Part shown: positions 27,167 to 36,870 of the stretch, in pieces
How the letters are laid out: every line of letters starts with the position of its first letter
Numbering within the stretch: position 1 is the stretch's first letter
Assembly: GCA_963663385.2 (NCBI GenBank)
Contig: CAXXXD010000002.1
Location: forward strand, 320,001-384,000
DNA from: Oceanispirochaeta sp.
GTDB taxonomy: Bacteria; Spirochaetota; Spirochaetia; DSM-2461
DNA length: 64,000 bases
Direction of reading: 5' to 3'
Notes under the pieces: model-generated
What the model was told of the DNA's origin: nothing
Databases searched by the model: none
What the model saw: the letters and a program-made list of their open reading frames with translations, nothing else
Made by a program: the position numbers and the translations under genes

Positions 27167-28219
27167 GCTGGTTGGAACGATGCAGTTTTCCGGAGGATCT
27201 TTCGGTCCGTTCTTTATTATATTTATAAGAATGTCAACGCTGCGCCGGGCCAGGGATTCGAAATCCTGAGCAACCGTTGTCAGCTGCCATCTGGTGTCCG
27301 AAAGGTATTTCAGGTTATCGAATCCTACGAGCGAAAGGTCATGGGGAACTTCTATGCCCATAGATCCTGCGGCATTCAGAAGTCTGAAAGCAATCAGGTC
27401 GTTTACACAGAAGATGGCGGTAACTTTCTGTTTCAGAAGTTTTTTAAGAGTATGCCGGGCATCCTTTTCAGTCAGTACGGACTGCTCCTCCTCCCTTTCG
27501 GACGAAAAGCTTGTCACTACCAGCTCGGGATCCAGCGGAATCATGTTCCCTGTCAGGGCACGGCAGTATCCCTGATAGCGCTGACTGACCGCGTCGGAGT
27601 CCATCGCTCCCACAAAACCAATCTTTCTATGGGCTTTATCAACCAGAAACTGGACTGCCTCCAGTGCTCCCCGGAAGTTATCAGACTGCACAACAGGCAG
27701 GTTCAGCTCCTGGAGGTTCCTGTCCAGCAGAACCATCGGAAATCCGTCAATACTCATCCTGCTGAGGGTGTCCACATTCCTGTTATTTATAGGATAGATA
27801 ATAGCGCCTGCTACCTGATGCTGAGATATCTCGTCAAGAATGTGTTTTTCTCTCCGTGACGACTGTTCCGAGTAGTGAACACTGCATAAATACCCCTGTT
27901 CCCGGCAGCAGCGGAAGATATGATGAGTATACTGCTGCCCTCCGGAAAAGAAATCTATTTTGTGCGGCAGGAGAAGGGAAAGAATTTTCGAATCCCCGGG
28001 AGACTTCCTTCTGGGTTTCACAAAGGAGCCTTTTCCTTTCTGACGGTAGATGATGCCCCTGTGTTCCAGCTCTTTCAAGGCTCTGGTTACGGTGATGCGG
28101 GATGTATTGAACTCCTCCATCAGTTTCGCTTCAGAAGGAAGTTTTTCATCATCCTTGTACAGGTCTTTTTGAATCTGTTCCTGAAGACTGTTAATGATTA
28201 TCTGATAGGTCGGCAACAT
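27140..28219 (-). CDS. GntR-HTH / LacI-sensor hybrid regulator (AraR-type)
   Basis: KLPSEAKLMEEFNTSRITVTRAL...QKGKGSFV plus VVQSDNFRG, FCVNDLIA, VPHDLSLVGFD. Confidence 0.92.
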   Translation of the reverse strand: MLPTYQIIINSLQEQIQKDLYKDDEKLPSEAKLMEEFNTSRITVTRALKELEHRGIIYRQKGKGSFVKPRRKSPGDSKILSLLLPHKIDFFSGGQQYTHHIFRCCREQGYLCSVHYSEQSSRREKHILDEISQHQVAGAIIYPINNRNVDTLSRMSIDGFPMVLLDRNLQELNLPVVQSDNFRGALEAVQFLVDKAHRKIGFVGAMDSDAVSQRYQGYCRALTGNMIPLDPELVVTSFSSEREEEQSVLTEKDARHTLKKLLKQKVTAIFCVNDLIAFRLLNAAGSMGIEVPHDLSLVGFDNLKYLSDTRWQLTTVAQDFESLARRSVDILINIIKNGPKDPPENCIVPTSFLEGNTVV

Positions 28220-28331
28220 TATCGGCTCCTGTAATTTTTTACCATATCTTTTTCAGCTTGACAAGCTAAGTCCATAGGTTTTGTTTTAACATGATATATT
28301 AAGTATTCAATGTTATAATTGTTTATTTTTT

Positions 28332-28349
28332 AACTTGACATGTCAAGTT
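28332..28349. promoter_or_regulatory. Probable GntR-type operator overlapping the -35 box
   Basis: Perfect 18-bp palindrome AACTTGACATGTCAAGTT containing TTGACA; related AGCTTGACAAGCT at 28255-28267. Confidence 0.7.
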
Positions 28350-28398
28350 TGAGAGGTTTATTGTAAATAAAATGATTAAACCCAAATTGGAGGAAAGT

Positions 28399-29637
28399 AT
28401 GAAACGGATAGTATTATCCATCGTTCTAATGACTCTCGCAGCATTCGGCATTCTTTATGCGGGAGGTCAGGCAGAAGAAGCCGGTCCGACAAAACTCGTC
28501 GTATCTTCTCGTTTATATTCTCAACCGGGAGAGCAGCAGTTTCTGATCGATGAGATTTTTCCTGAATTCGAAGAGAAGTACAACTGTATTGTCATGTTTG
28601 AAATCCTTGAGGATGATCCCCTTCTCAAGAGGGCCCGTTTCCAGAAGGAATCCGGAAGGGTGAATACGGATGTCGTTATCGCTCATGCCGGTCGGATGGC
28701 AGAATGGATGGATGGCGGTTTTGTAACACCTCTTCCTGCTGATCAATGGAACGACCGGACATTCTCCAAAGCTTTTCAGGAAAGCACATCCAAAGGTGGT
28801 AAAACATATTTCGCTCCTGTCGGCGGTGATGTATATCTGATGCTTGCCAACAAAAAAGCTTTACCCTATCTTCCCGAAGGGGCTGATGTTCAGGATCTCA
28901 GCTGGGATGAGTATGTCCAGTGGGCAGTTAATATAGCGGACGGGGAAGGCGAAGGAAAAGCCGCCGTCACAGGTGTTCCCATGAAATCCCTGATTTATAT
29001 GTATGGCGGTATGTTTCTCTCCTTTGGAGGAGAATTCCCTGTTATCAACTCTGCGGGTGCCGTAAAGGGCTGGGAGCTGTTATCCAAAATGCAGAATGCC
29101 TATACTCCGACAGTCAATACATATGACAATGTTTCCTCCCCCATGAAAACAGGAGAAGCCTGGCTGACAGTCGCCCATATGGTCCGCTGCGGGGAAGCCT
29201 ACCGGTCCAACCCTTCCGCCTATGTTCTGGCTCCGGCTCCCCGGGGACCGGAAGGTATCGGTTCCATCGCCGGAACCAGCGGTTTCGCCGTAGTAGACGG
29301 GGCTCCCAATGCAGAACTGGCCATGAAATTCGTTGAATATATGACAGAACCCGGAATGGCTGTAAAAATCGCCCGCGGCACAGGCGGATTCATTCCCCCA
29401 ATCGATGAAGCCATAGATCAGCTCGGTGATTCTCTGGAAGATGAAATTATCGCCAAGGGTATCTATGTTCTGAAAAACGGCGTTGTCTCCGGTGTCCCCG
29501 GAGGAGATTATACATCCTGGGGTGCTGTAAAACAGGTTTACGATGACGCTTTTCAGGAGCTGATCCTGAACAGAGGCGCTGTGGACAAGGCTTATCTGGA
29601 TGAGGCTCAGGCAAAACTGGAAGCCTTGAAAAAATAA
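28399..29637 (+). CDS. Sugar ABC transporter substrate-binding protein
   Basis: GGAGG SD; signal peptide ...LYAGGQAE; SBP-family C-terminal ELAMKFVEYM. Confidence 0.9.
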   Translation: MKRIVLSIVLMTLAAFGILYAGGQAEEAGPTKLVVSSRLYSQPGEQQFLIDEIFPEFEEKYNCIVMFEILEDDPLLKRARFQKESGRVNTDVVIAHAGRMAEWMDGGFVTPLPADQWNDRTFSKAFQESTSKGGKTYFAPVGGDVYLMLANKKALPYLPEGADVQDLSWDEYVQWAVNIADGEGEGKAAVTGVPMKSLIYMYGGMFLSFGGEFPVINSAGAVKGWELLSKMQNAYTPTVNTYDNVSSPMKTGEAWLTVAHMVRCGEAYRSNPSAYVLAPAPRGPEGIGSIAGTSGFAVVDGAPNAELAMKFVEYMTEPGMAVKIARGTGGFIPPIDEAIDQLGDSLEDEIIAKGIYVLKNGVVSGVPGGDYTSWGAVKQVYDDAFQELILNRGAVDKAYLDEAQAKLEALKK

Positions 29638-29648
29638 TTTCAATATTG

Positions 29649-29681
29649 ACAGCCGGAAAGATATTCCGGCTGTAGTTTTTT
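29649..29681 (+). terminator. Hairpin/terminator after the SBP gene
   Basis: ACAGCCGGAA-agata-TTCCGGCTGT then TTTTTT. Confidence 0.65.
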
Positions 29682-29695
29682 ACTCGGAGGCTTAA

Positions 29696-30613
29696 ATGAC
29701 CAATCCTTTCCGCTCTCTTGACAGGGAGCAGAAAAAACAAATTGTTCCCTACCTGCTGATTGCTCCGGTTATCCTTTATTATGCCGTTTTCTGGCTTTTC
29801 CCGGTTCTGCAGGCGATCTTGGGTAGTTTCCTTACCGGTTCCCGGGCTTCGGGCGGTCACTTTACCCTGGCTAATTATATAAGCCTGTTCAGGGATCCTG
29901 TTTTCTACCAGGCTCTGTTTAATACGGCGTTTATTGTTCTGATCAGTGTATCCCTTGAATTCCTGCTGTCCTTCGGTCTGGCCCTTCTGATTAATATGAA
30001 ATTCAAAGGTTCCGGTCTGTTTCTCTTTATCGCCCTGATCCCCATGGCTTTGCCTGCTGTTGCCGTCGGTGCAATCTGGAATAGCGGATTGGCGACCTAT
30101 GGCTGGATGAATTCCTTTCTGATACGGCTGGGCTTTATTGATGCCGCCGACAAATTCATTTTTCTGGGAGGGAACAACTTTCAGAGAATGCTGCTGATTA
30201 TCCTGGTGGATGCCTGGCAGGTTATTCCCTTTATGATGGTTATTCTCCTCTCGGGGATGCAGAGCCTGAAACCGGAACTGTTCGAAGCCGGCTATGTCTT
30301 TGGAGGGAACCGCTTACAGGTATTGAGAAAAATCACGATTCCTCTGTTAAAACCGACTATTACGACCGCCATGATTCTCAGAATTATTGCGGCCATTCAG
30401 ATATGGCTGATAATTGTTATGCTATTCGGATTCAACCGCCTTCCTGTCCTGCTGGAGCAGATTGTTCTTAATGTGGACCTGTATGCCGCAGAAGAGTTCT
30501 TCCGAAAAGGTATGGCTCTTTCTGTTATTGTATCCCTGATTGTTTCAGGTATCTCATTTCTGTATCTTAAAGTTTCAGGCGCTTTTGATGAGCCTGCCGG
30601 AAAAGGAGTTTAG
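29696..30613 (+). CDS. Carbohydrate ABC permease
   Basis: FTLANY, LFEAGYVFG EAA-like motif, multiple TM helices. Confidence 0.9.
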   Translation: MTNPFRSLDREQKKQIVPYLLIAPVILYYAVFWLFPVLQAILGSFLTGSRASGGHFTLANYISLFRDPVFYQALFNTAFIVLISVSLEFLLSFGLALLINMKFKGSGLFLFIALIPMALPAVAVGAIWNSGLATYGWMNSFLIRLGFIDAADKFIFLGGNNFQRMLLIILVDAWQVIPFMMVILLSGMQSLKPELFEAGYVFGGNRLQVLRKITIPLLKPTITTAMILRIIAAIQIWLIIVMLFGFNRLPVLLEQIVLNVDLYAAEEFFRKGMALSVIVSLIVSGISFLYLKVSGAFDEPAGKGV

Positions 30614-30615
30614 CA

Positions 30616-31704
30616 ATGGGAAACAATCTGAAGAGAACCGTTTTCCGGTCTGCCAAAACAACAACTCTGTATATCATTGTAAGCGGCGTGGCCATGGTTC
30701 TGATTTTTCCGATGTTCTTTCTGTTCACCTTTTCCCTGATGTCGGATTATGAAAGTTATTCCGAGTGGCCCAAGCCCCTGATACCCTCCCGTTCCGTTGA
30801 TTTTCAGCTGTCCCCGTCGGCAGAGCAGGATGCCTACGCTCTGGCAATCTGGAATTTTTCCGAGGAGGCTTTTATGCCTTTCGGCCCGGAATCCACAGAC
30901 AGGGATCCGGCCTCCCTGAGGAAGCTTTCAAATTTTCTCCGGAATTACGCCAACTGTACCATAACCGGAGAGGATATCCTGGCCCTGATGGATGAAACGG
31001 ATCAGACGGGAACCGCTTTCTTTACTCTGAAAAAGAATCTGTTCAGCAACTACTCGCGCTTTTTCAGCCTGTATTCCGGTGCGGCAAGCTCCGTGATAGC
31101 CAGTTTAAGCACTGCTTTTCTGACAATCCTTCTAAGCCTTTCCATAGGCGGAATGGCTGGTTATGCCTTTGCCCGCTACGTATTCAAGGGCAAGAACATT
31201 TTAAAGCTGAGCGTGCTTTTTGTCCGTATGTTTCCTCCGGTAGCGGTAGCCCTTCCCATGGTCATTATCCTGGGGAAGATGGGGCTTTATGACAGACCTG
31301 CAGGATTAAGTCTTATATATTCGGTAAACCAGATATCCCTGAGCATCTGGATTACCGCCAGTATCTTTATGGGGATCCCCGAGTCCCTGGAGGAAGCGGC
31401 ATTGATCTTCGGGACTTCCCGAATCGGAGCATTTTTCAGGATAACCCTTCCCCTGGCGGTTCCGGGACTGGCGGCCTGCGCCATGTATTCCTTTATCTAT
31501 TCCTGGAATGAAGTGATCAATGCCCTGATCCTGACTCAGTTCAATCCGACTCTTCCGGTTGTCGTATACAGATCTCTGTTGGGAGCCAATGCCCAGGTTC
31601 ATTTAATTGCCGCGGGTTCCGTGACACAGGCCCTGCCGGCCATCATTTTCACCCTGTTCATCCGGAAGTATATTCTCCAGATGTGGGGTGGAGTCAAAGT
31701 CTGA
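30616..31704 (+). CDS. Carbohydrate ABC permease with a long extramembrane loop
   Basis: LEEAALIFG, SWNE; about 90-aa insertion after TM1. Confidence 0.9.
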   Translation: MGNNLKRTVFRSAKTTTLYIIVSGVAMVLIFPMFFLFTFSLMSDYESYSEWPKPLIPSRSVDFQLSPSAEQDAYALAIWNFSEEAFMPFGPESTDRDPASLRKLSNFLRNYANCTITGEDILALMDETDQTGTAFFTLKKNLFSNYSRFFSLYSGAASSVIASLSTAFLTILLSLSIGGMAGYAFARYVFKGKNILKLSVLFVRMFPPVAVALPMVIILGKMGLYDRPAGLSLIYSVNQISLSIWITASIFMGIPESLEEAALIFGTSRIGAFFRITLPLAVPGLAACAMYSFIYSWNEVINALILTQFNPTLPVVVYRSLLGANAQVHLIAAGSVTQALPAIIFTLFIRKYILQMWGGVKV

Positions 31705-31719
31705 GAATGAGAGGAAACA

Positions 31720-32808
31720 ATGGCAGTTCTTGAATTAAACGATATAGCAAAAAAATATAACAGAAAGGTCTGGGGGGTCCGGAAGATGGATCTGGAAGTG
31801 GAGGATAAGGAGTTTATCGTATTCCTCGGACCTTCAGGCTGCGGGAAAACGACATGTATGAGGATGATAGCCGGTCTTGAAGAAACAACACGCGGTTCCA
31901 TTGTCCTGGATGGACGGGATATTACGGATCTGGCCCCGAGGGATAGGAATATCTCCATGGTATTTCAGAATTACGCTATCTGGCCTCACATGAACGTATT
32001 CGATAATATCGCTTTTTCCCTGAAACTGAAGGGGGAGGCAAAAGAGAATATTAAAAAGACCGTTGAAGAGGTTGCCCGGATGGTCAAGATTGATCAGCTT
32101 CTGGACCGGTTCCCCGGTCAGATGTCCGGCGGTCAGCAGCAGCGTGTAGCACTGGCCAGGGCCCTGGCCGTCAAGCCAAAGCTTTTTCTCATGGATGAAC
32201 CATTATCCAATCTGGATGCCAAATTAAGAGTTGTTATGAGAACCGAATTGAAGGCTATACACCAGAGAACCGGTGCAACCAGTATTTTCGTTACCCACGA
32301 CCAGTCTGAAGCCATGAGTATGGCAGACCGGATTGTAATAATGAAAGACGGGGAGATAATACAGGTAGGCACCCCCGAGGATGTTTATTTCAGAAGCGCG
32401 GACATGTTTGTCGCCGGATTTATAGGGACTCCTCCAACGAACTTTTTCCCTGTATCCCTTAACAGAACAGAGGATAAGCCCGCCCTTGGTCATCCTCATT
32501 TCATTCTCCCCATGGAAAAGGATGTTTTTGCATCTCTGACGGAGGGAGGCCGGGAGGAATTGATTCTCGGAGTGCGTCCGGAGGATTTTATCATGGTTTC
32601 CCGGGACGAGAGCATTCTTGATGCGGAAGTCCTGGTGACAGAGCCCCAGGGTTCCCATCAGATACTTGCTGTGGAAATAGAGAATCAGATAGTCAAAATT
32701 GTTCTTTCATCGGATATAAAACTGAAGCCGGGAGATCCCGTCCATTTCCGTTTTGATGAAAAGCGCCTTCACTTCTTCGATAAAGACACAGAGAAGCGGA
32801 TTATATGA
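31720..32808 (+). CDS. ABC ATPase (MalK/UgpC family)
   Basis: GPSGCGKTT, MSGGQQQRVAL, MDEPLSNLDAKLR, VTHDQ. Confidence 0.96.
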   Translation: MAVLELNDIAKKYNRKVWGVRKMDLEVEDKEFIVFLGPSGCGKTTCMRMIAGLEETTRGSIVLDGRDITDLAPRDRNISMVFQNYAIWPHMNVFDNIAFSLKLKGEAKENIKKTVEEVARMVKIDQLLDRFPGQMSGGQQQRVALARALAVKPKLFLMDEPLSNLDAKLRVVMRTELKAIHQRTGATSIFVTHDQSEAMSMADRIVIMKDGEIIQVGTPEDVYFRSADMFVAGFIGTPPTNFFPVSLNRTEDKPALGHPHFILPMEKDVFASLTEGGREELILGVRPEDFIMVSRDESILDAEVLVTEPQGSHQILAVEIENQIVKIVLSSDIKLKPGDPVHFRFDEKRLHFFDKDTEKRII

Positions 32809-34817
32809 ATCTGAACTTAACAGAAGAGCTCTATTCTCTCTTTCCTGATCCGAAATGGGCAACCCTTGTAAAAAAGGCGGCTCTCTACCAGGATAAACGG
32901 GATGATGCCGGTCATGCAGCCACAGTTGCTTACTGGGCTTCGGTTCTGCTGGACCTTCCCGGGTACAAGGCAGACAGGGAAACGGTCCTGGTTGCGGCTT
33001 TACTGCATGATGTGGGCTGGAGTTGTGTTAAACAGGAGGACCTGCTTACGCTCTTCCGGGGCTTAGCCGATCCGGAAGAACGGGAACTGCGGCTTCTGCA
33101 TGAAAAGGAAGGGGCCGAACTGGCTTCTTCCCTTATGGAAGAGGCCGGGTACGGGGCCTCCTTTATCCGGGCAGTCGCAGAACTGGTAGGAGGCCACGAT
33201 ACGCGAAAGGGTTATCTGTCTCCTGAAGACGGTCTGCTTCGCGATGCGGACAGCCTCTGGATGGTTACAGAGGAGGGCTTTCAGGCAGATCTGCGGCGGC
33301 GGGATCTCAGCCCTGAGAAATGGGCGTCCCGGCTGCGGAAAAGGTTTCTCCAGAGGGGGGCTTTCTATACGGAGGAAGCCCGGATATGGGGACTCCGCCG
33401 GTTGTCCCGGTTGGAAAAGGGGCGCCGGATAGGGCCTCCCGGAGTTATAGAAAAATCCCGGGTTCTCATCTGCCATTACCGGGTAGGCTGGACGGATGGG
33501 GTCTCGCTGGAAATAGAAAAACGTCAGAGTATTCTGGAGGAAATGGGGTTTCAGGTTTCCCTTCTGGCCGGTCCCGGAAGCCGGGGGGCGGATTACACAA
33601 TCCCCGATCTGGATTTTGATACCCCCGAGGCCCGTAAAATAAGCAGGAATGCTTTTGGCGGTTTAAAAGATTTTTCCAGCGAAGCAGAGCTTATCGAAGT
33701 TATTAATTGCCTGTCCGATAAAATCGAGGATGAACTGAGCAGGATTATGGATGATCTGGATCCGGATTTTATTCTGCTTCACAATATCTTCTCTCATGGA
33801 CGGCATATTGCCGCCGCCAGGGCTTTCTGTCGCTGTCTGGTTCGGTATAAGCGACCGTCTCTGGCAACTCATCATGACTTTTTCTGGGAGAGGGATGATT
33901 TCAGAAATCCTTCAGGACCGATGGTTGAGGGGTTTCTTGACCAGTATGTTCCACCCGTCATTCCGGGTATGAAGCATGCCGTAATAAACTCTCTGGCGGC
34001 CCGGAAGCTGTTAAACCGGTCGGGGATAGATGCTCTGATATTTCCGGATACCCTGGACTTTACTCTTACCCGCTGGAAAAAAGATGAATACAACAGCCAT
34101 CTGCTTGAGGATTTCGGTCTGAGAGCCGATGATATCTTTATCCTTCAGGCTACCCGAATCGTCCGGCGGAAAGGGATCGAACTGATTCCTCCTCTGATTG
34201 CCCTGCTGAACAGGGATAAGTATCTGAATCAGCTGCGGGGGAAAACCCTTTACAACGGGAAGCAGGTTACCGGGAAATCCCGTTTTGTCTTTCTGATTGC
34301 CGGTTATGCGGAAAAAGAGGCGGAGGACTATCGGGATGAACTGGAAGATCTGATGGTCCGGAAAGCAGTGCCCTACAGGTTCCTGCGATCTCAGATCGCT
34401 TCTGAAAGGAGCGAGAGGGAAGGGTGTAAAACCTACTCCCTTTTTGATACGTATCCTTATGCCGATCTTGTTTCCTATCCGAGTATATACGAAGGGTGGG
34501 GGAATCAATTTATTGAGGCCGTTTTTGCAGAAAAACCTGTTATTGTGCATGAATACCCGGTTTTTCTGTCGGATATTAAACCCAAGGGGTATCAGATAAT
34601 CTCTCTCGGCAGCGACGCGCAACCCGGTGCTGATAATCTGTATACCCTTGATGATGAGCTGATGGACAGGACCTGTCAGGCTATTGTGAACTGGCTCCTT
34701 TCTCCGGAAACAGCTGAAAAACTGGAACGGAACTTTCAGCTGGCGGAAAAGAATAACTCTTATGACTATTTGAGATCCCTCATGAAGCAGAGTATGGAAC
34801 ACTATGAAGATTATTGA
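32805..34817 (+). CDS. HD-domain / GT4-like glycosyltransferase (MggS-like) fusion
   Basis: About aa 1-200: H...LLHDVGW...HE.EGA...HD...DAD. About aa 215-670: HYRVGWTDGVSLEIEK, HHDFFWER, LQATRIVRRKGIE, YPSIYEGWGNQFIEA. Confidence 0.8.
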   Translation: MNLNLTEELYSLFPDPKWATLVKKAALYQDKRDDAGHAATVAYWASVLLDLPGYKADRETVLVAALLHDVGWSCVKQEDLLTLFRGLADPEERELRLLHEKEGAELASSLMEEAGYGASFIRAVAELVGGHDTRKGYLSPEDGLLRDADSLWMVTEEGFQADLRRRDLSPEKWASRLRKRFLQRGAFYTEEARIWGLRRLSRLEKGRRIGPPGVIEKSRVLICHYRVGWTDGVSLEIEKRQSILEEMGFQVSLLAGPGSRGADYTIPDLDFDTPEARKISRNAFGGLKDFSSEAELIEVINCLSDKIEDELSRIMDDLDPDFILLHNIFSHGRHIAAARAFCRCLVRYKRPSLATHHDFFWERDDFRNPSGPMVEGFLDQYVPPVIPGMKHAVINSLAARKLLNRSGIDALIFPDTLDFTLTRWKKDEYNSHLLEDFGLRADDIFILQATRIVRRKGIELIPPLIALLNRDKYLNQLRGKTLYNGKQVTGKSRFVFLIAGYAEKEAEDYRDELEDLMVRKAVPYRFLRSQIASERSEREGCKTYSLFDTYPYADLVSYPSIYEGWGNQFIEAVFAEKPVIVHEYPVFLSDIKPKGYQIISLGSDAQPGADNLYTLDDELMDRTCQAIVNWLLSPETAEKLERNFQLAEKNNSYDYLRSLMKQSMEHYEDY

Positions 34818-36153
34818 TTCCGGGGATTGCGTGGTTAGTCTGGAATCATCCGGTTCGATTTCTGAAGTCTCCACCAGGGAAGAAGAGAAATCGATTGCGG
34901 TCCGCCATACCGGAAGCGGCTGGATTGACCTGAATATTGAAGGACGGGGATATTGTGTCTGGCCGAACAGGGAGGGCGAGGGATTTCATTTTAACCGGGT
35001 GTATCCGGTTCTGGCGGAAAATCATTGTCTACAGACCGGATTAAGCCTCTCCTGGCCTGCGACGGCATCGTCCCAATCGGTTGCCCTCTTTCCCTCAAAA
35101 GGTCCCGGTATTCTCTTTCGTTTTACAGATGATACAGAGGGGGCTCACCGGAAAATCCGCATAAAAGCCTCTTCCCAGGATCAGGTCAGCATCCGGTTTT
35201 CGGGCCGATCGGGAAACTGTTCCGTCTCTTCCCTGGATGAGAGGTGGGGAAAAAGCCGGGGGAAAATCATTCCGGTCAGATACCAGTTTCAGGCGGGATT
35301 GATTGGGCCGTCCGGTGAGTGCGGAATCCCCGGTTCCGGAGGGTTCTCCTATCTCCCCGAACTGGGTGATCTGATCCTTGCCTGTCACGGTCCATTCAGT
35401 AAGGAACCGATCCTTCACCTTTTCGGTTATGCGAAGGGGCATGATACAGGGTACCCCGATTATACTCCCTCCGAATCCCTTGGCGGAGCGGTGGCTTTAA
35501 AACGGGCTATAGAGAAGCTTCATACCCTGGGATTTCTGGTGTCCTGTTATCTGAATGCCAGAATTGTCGAAACGGAAATGCTCCGTGTATTTCCACATCT
35601 GGAAGAGGGCCTCTGTTATGACCTGTCCGGAAAGCCGGTTATGGAATGTTATTTCGGAAGGGACTTTTATGTGATGAATCCGAATTTTTCTCCCTGGCTG
35701 GCGGAACTGGAAAAACAGGCCTTGGGACTTAAGATACTGGGAGCAGATATAATCCAGTTGGACCAGGTAGCCGGACGAGCAGCTACAGTGCCTCCGGGCG
35801 ATCCATGGGGAAAAGGATATGCGACCCTGATTGACTCTCTTCGAAAAAAGGGATTGAAGGTCTGGATTCAGGGGGTCTCCGACTATTATCATTCAGATTA
35901 TTTTGAGATGACATGGCGTGATTTAAATATACTGCCGGACGGGACAATCCGGGGGGGGAACCCCTTTGGCAAGACAGACCTGACACTGCTTAAAACGATG
36001 AAAGGGAATCATGATTATCTGGTGCCCCGCTCAAAAATCGAGTCAGTGAGAGATCCCGATCTTTCGGTTATTCTGGATGTTATGGGGGACAAGGGCGGTC
36101 TGCCTCTTGTGAACCGGGATTATCTTAATGATTTGGAAAGATTATCGCTATGA
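34804..36153 (+). CDS. Putative TIM-barrel glycoside hydrolase (DUF6259-like)
   Basis: GHDTGYPDY.P...LGG...LK.AI..LH..G..V..YLNAR; GADIIQLDQVAG. Confidence 0.5.
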   Translation: MKIIDSGDCVVSLESSGSISEVSTREEEKSIAVRHTGSGWIDLNIEGRGYCVWPNREGEGFHFNRVYPVLAENHCLQTGLSLSWPATASSQSVALFPSKGPGILFRFTDDTEGAHRKIRIKASSQDQVSIRFSGRSGNCSVSSLDERWGKSRGKIIPVRYQFQAGLIGPSGECGIPGSGGFSYLPELGDLILACHGPFSKEPILHLFGYAKGHDTGYPDYTPSESLGGAVALKRAIEKLHTLGFLVSCYLNARIVETEMLRVFPHLEEGLCYDLSGKPVMECYFGRDFYVMNPNFSPWLAELEKQALGLKILGADIIQLDQVAGRAATVPPGDPWGKGYATLIDSLRKKGLKVWIQGVSDYYHSDYFEMTWRDLNILPDGTIRGGNPFGKTDLTLLKTMKGNHDYLVPRSKIESVRDPDLSVILDVMGDKGGLPLVNRDYLNDLERLSL

Positions 36154-36239
36154 TACCAGGACTGGATAAAAAGTGCCCCGAAGCCGTCATATTTGTTGGG
36201 ATGGGATAGAGCGGCCCCGGGGCAGAGAATCACATACAA

Positions 36240-36770
36240 CTACTCCGTTAGGAGGTTTTTATTCATTCCTACAAAGGTATCCACGATAATTGTCGCCGCT
36301 TCATCCACCAGCTTTGTCTGGTCTTCCTCTGACAGGGAATCAGGGGTAACCACTATCTTGAAGAGGGGAGAAGTCTGTTTCAGGGGGCCTTCCTTGAAAG
36401 AGAGGCTCTTGTCCACTTCGGCGTATTCGGCCAGGTTGATATGCTCCAGCTTAAGGGATTCGGGAACATCCGTCCTGTATCCTATACTGGTGTATTCCAG
36501 CTCTCTTTCGCCGAACTTGAGGGGCCCGACTGAAAGCAGGGAGCCTGAATAGGTCAAAAACAAGGCGCCTCTTTCATCTGTAGGATCAAAGATTCCTACT
36601 TCATCCATTCCGAGTTCGATCATTTTGTTTTCGAACACCTCTTTTTTCAGCAGCCAGCTGTCCTGCAGTTTCCGGGCTTTATCTTCTCCCGGTTCCAGGC
36701 CGAACTTATCCGCTACTTCATTCAGGTGTTTTACTATTGATTCGGGTACGCTTTGAATAACTGTATTCAT
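36240..36770 (-). CDS. Hypothetical protein
   Basis: Natural-looking ORF from ATG 36770 (MNTVIQSVPESIVKHL) with an AAGGAG SD. Confidence 0.65.
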   Translation of the reverse strand: MNTVIQSVPESIVKHLNEVADKFGLEPGEDKARKLQDSWLLKKEVFENKMIELGMDEVGIFDPTDERGALFLTYSGSLLSVGPLKFGERELEYTSIGYRTDVPESLKLEHINLAEYAEVDKSLSFKEGPLKQTSPLFKIVVTPDSLSEEDQTKLVDEAATIIVDTFVGMNKNLLTE

Positions 36771-36870
36771 CCGTTTTCTCCTTGCTTTCAGTTTATGTAT
36801 CCAATATGCCCCGAAAAAGGGAGCCTGACGATGTGCCGTTTGGTATAATGGTGTATGATTTTTTTTTGAA

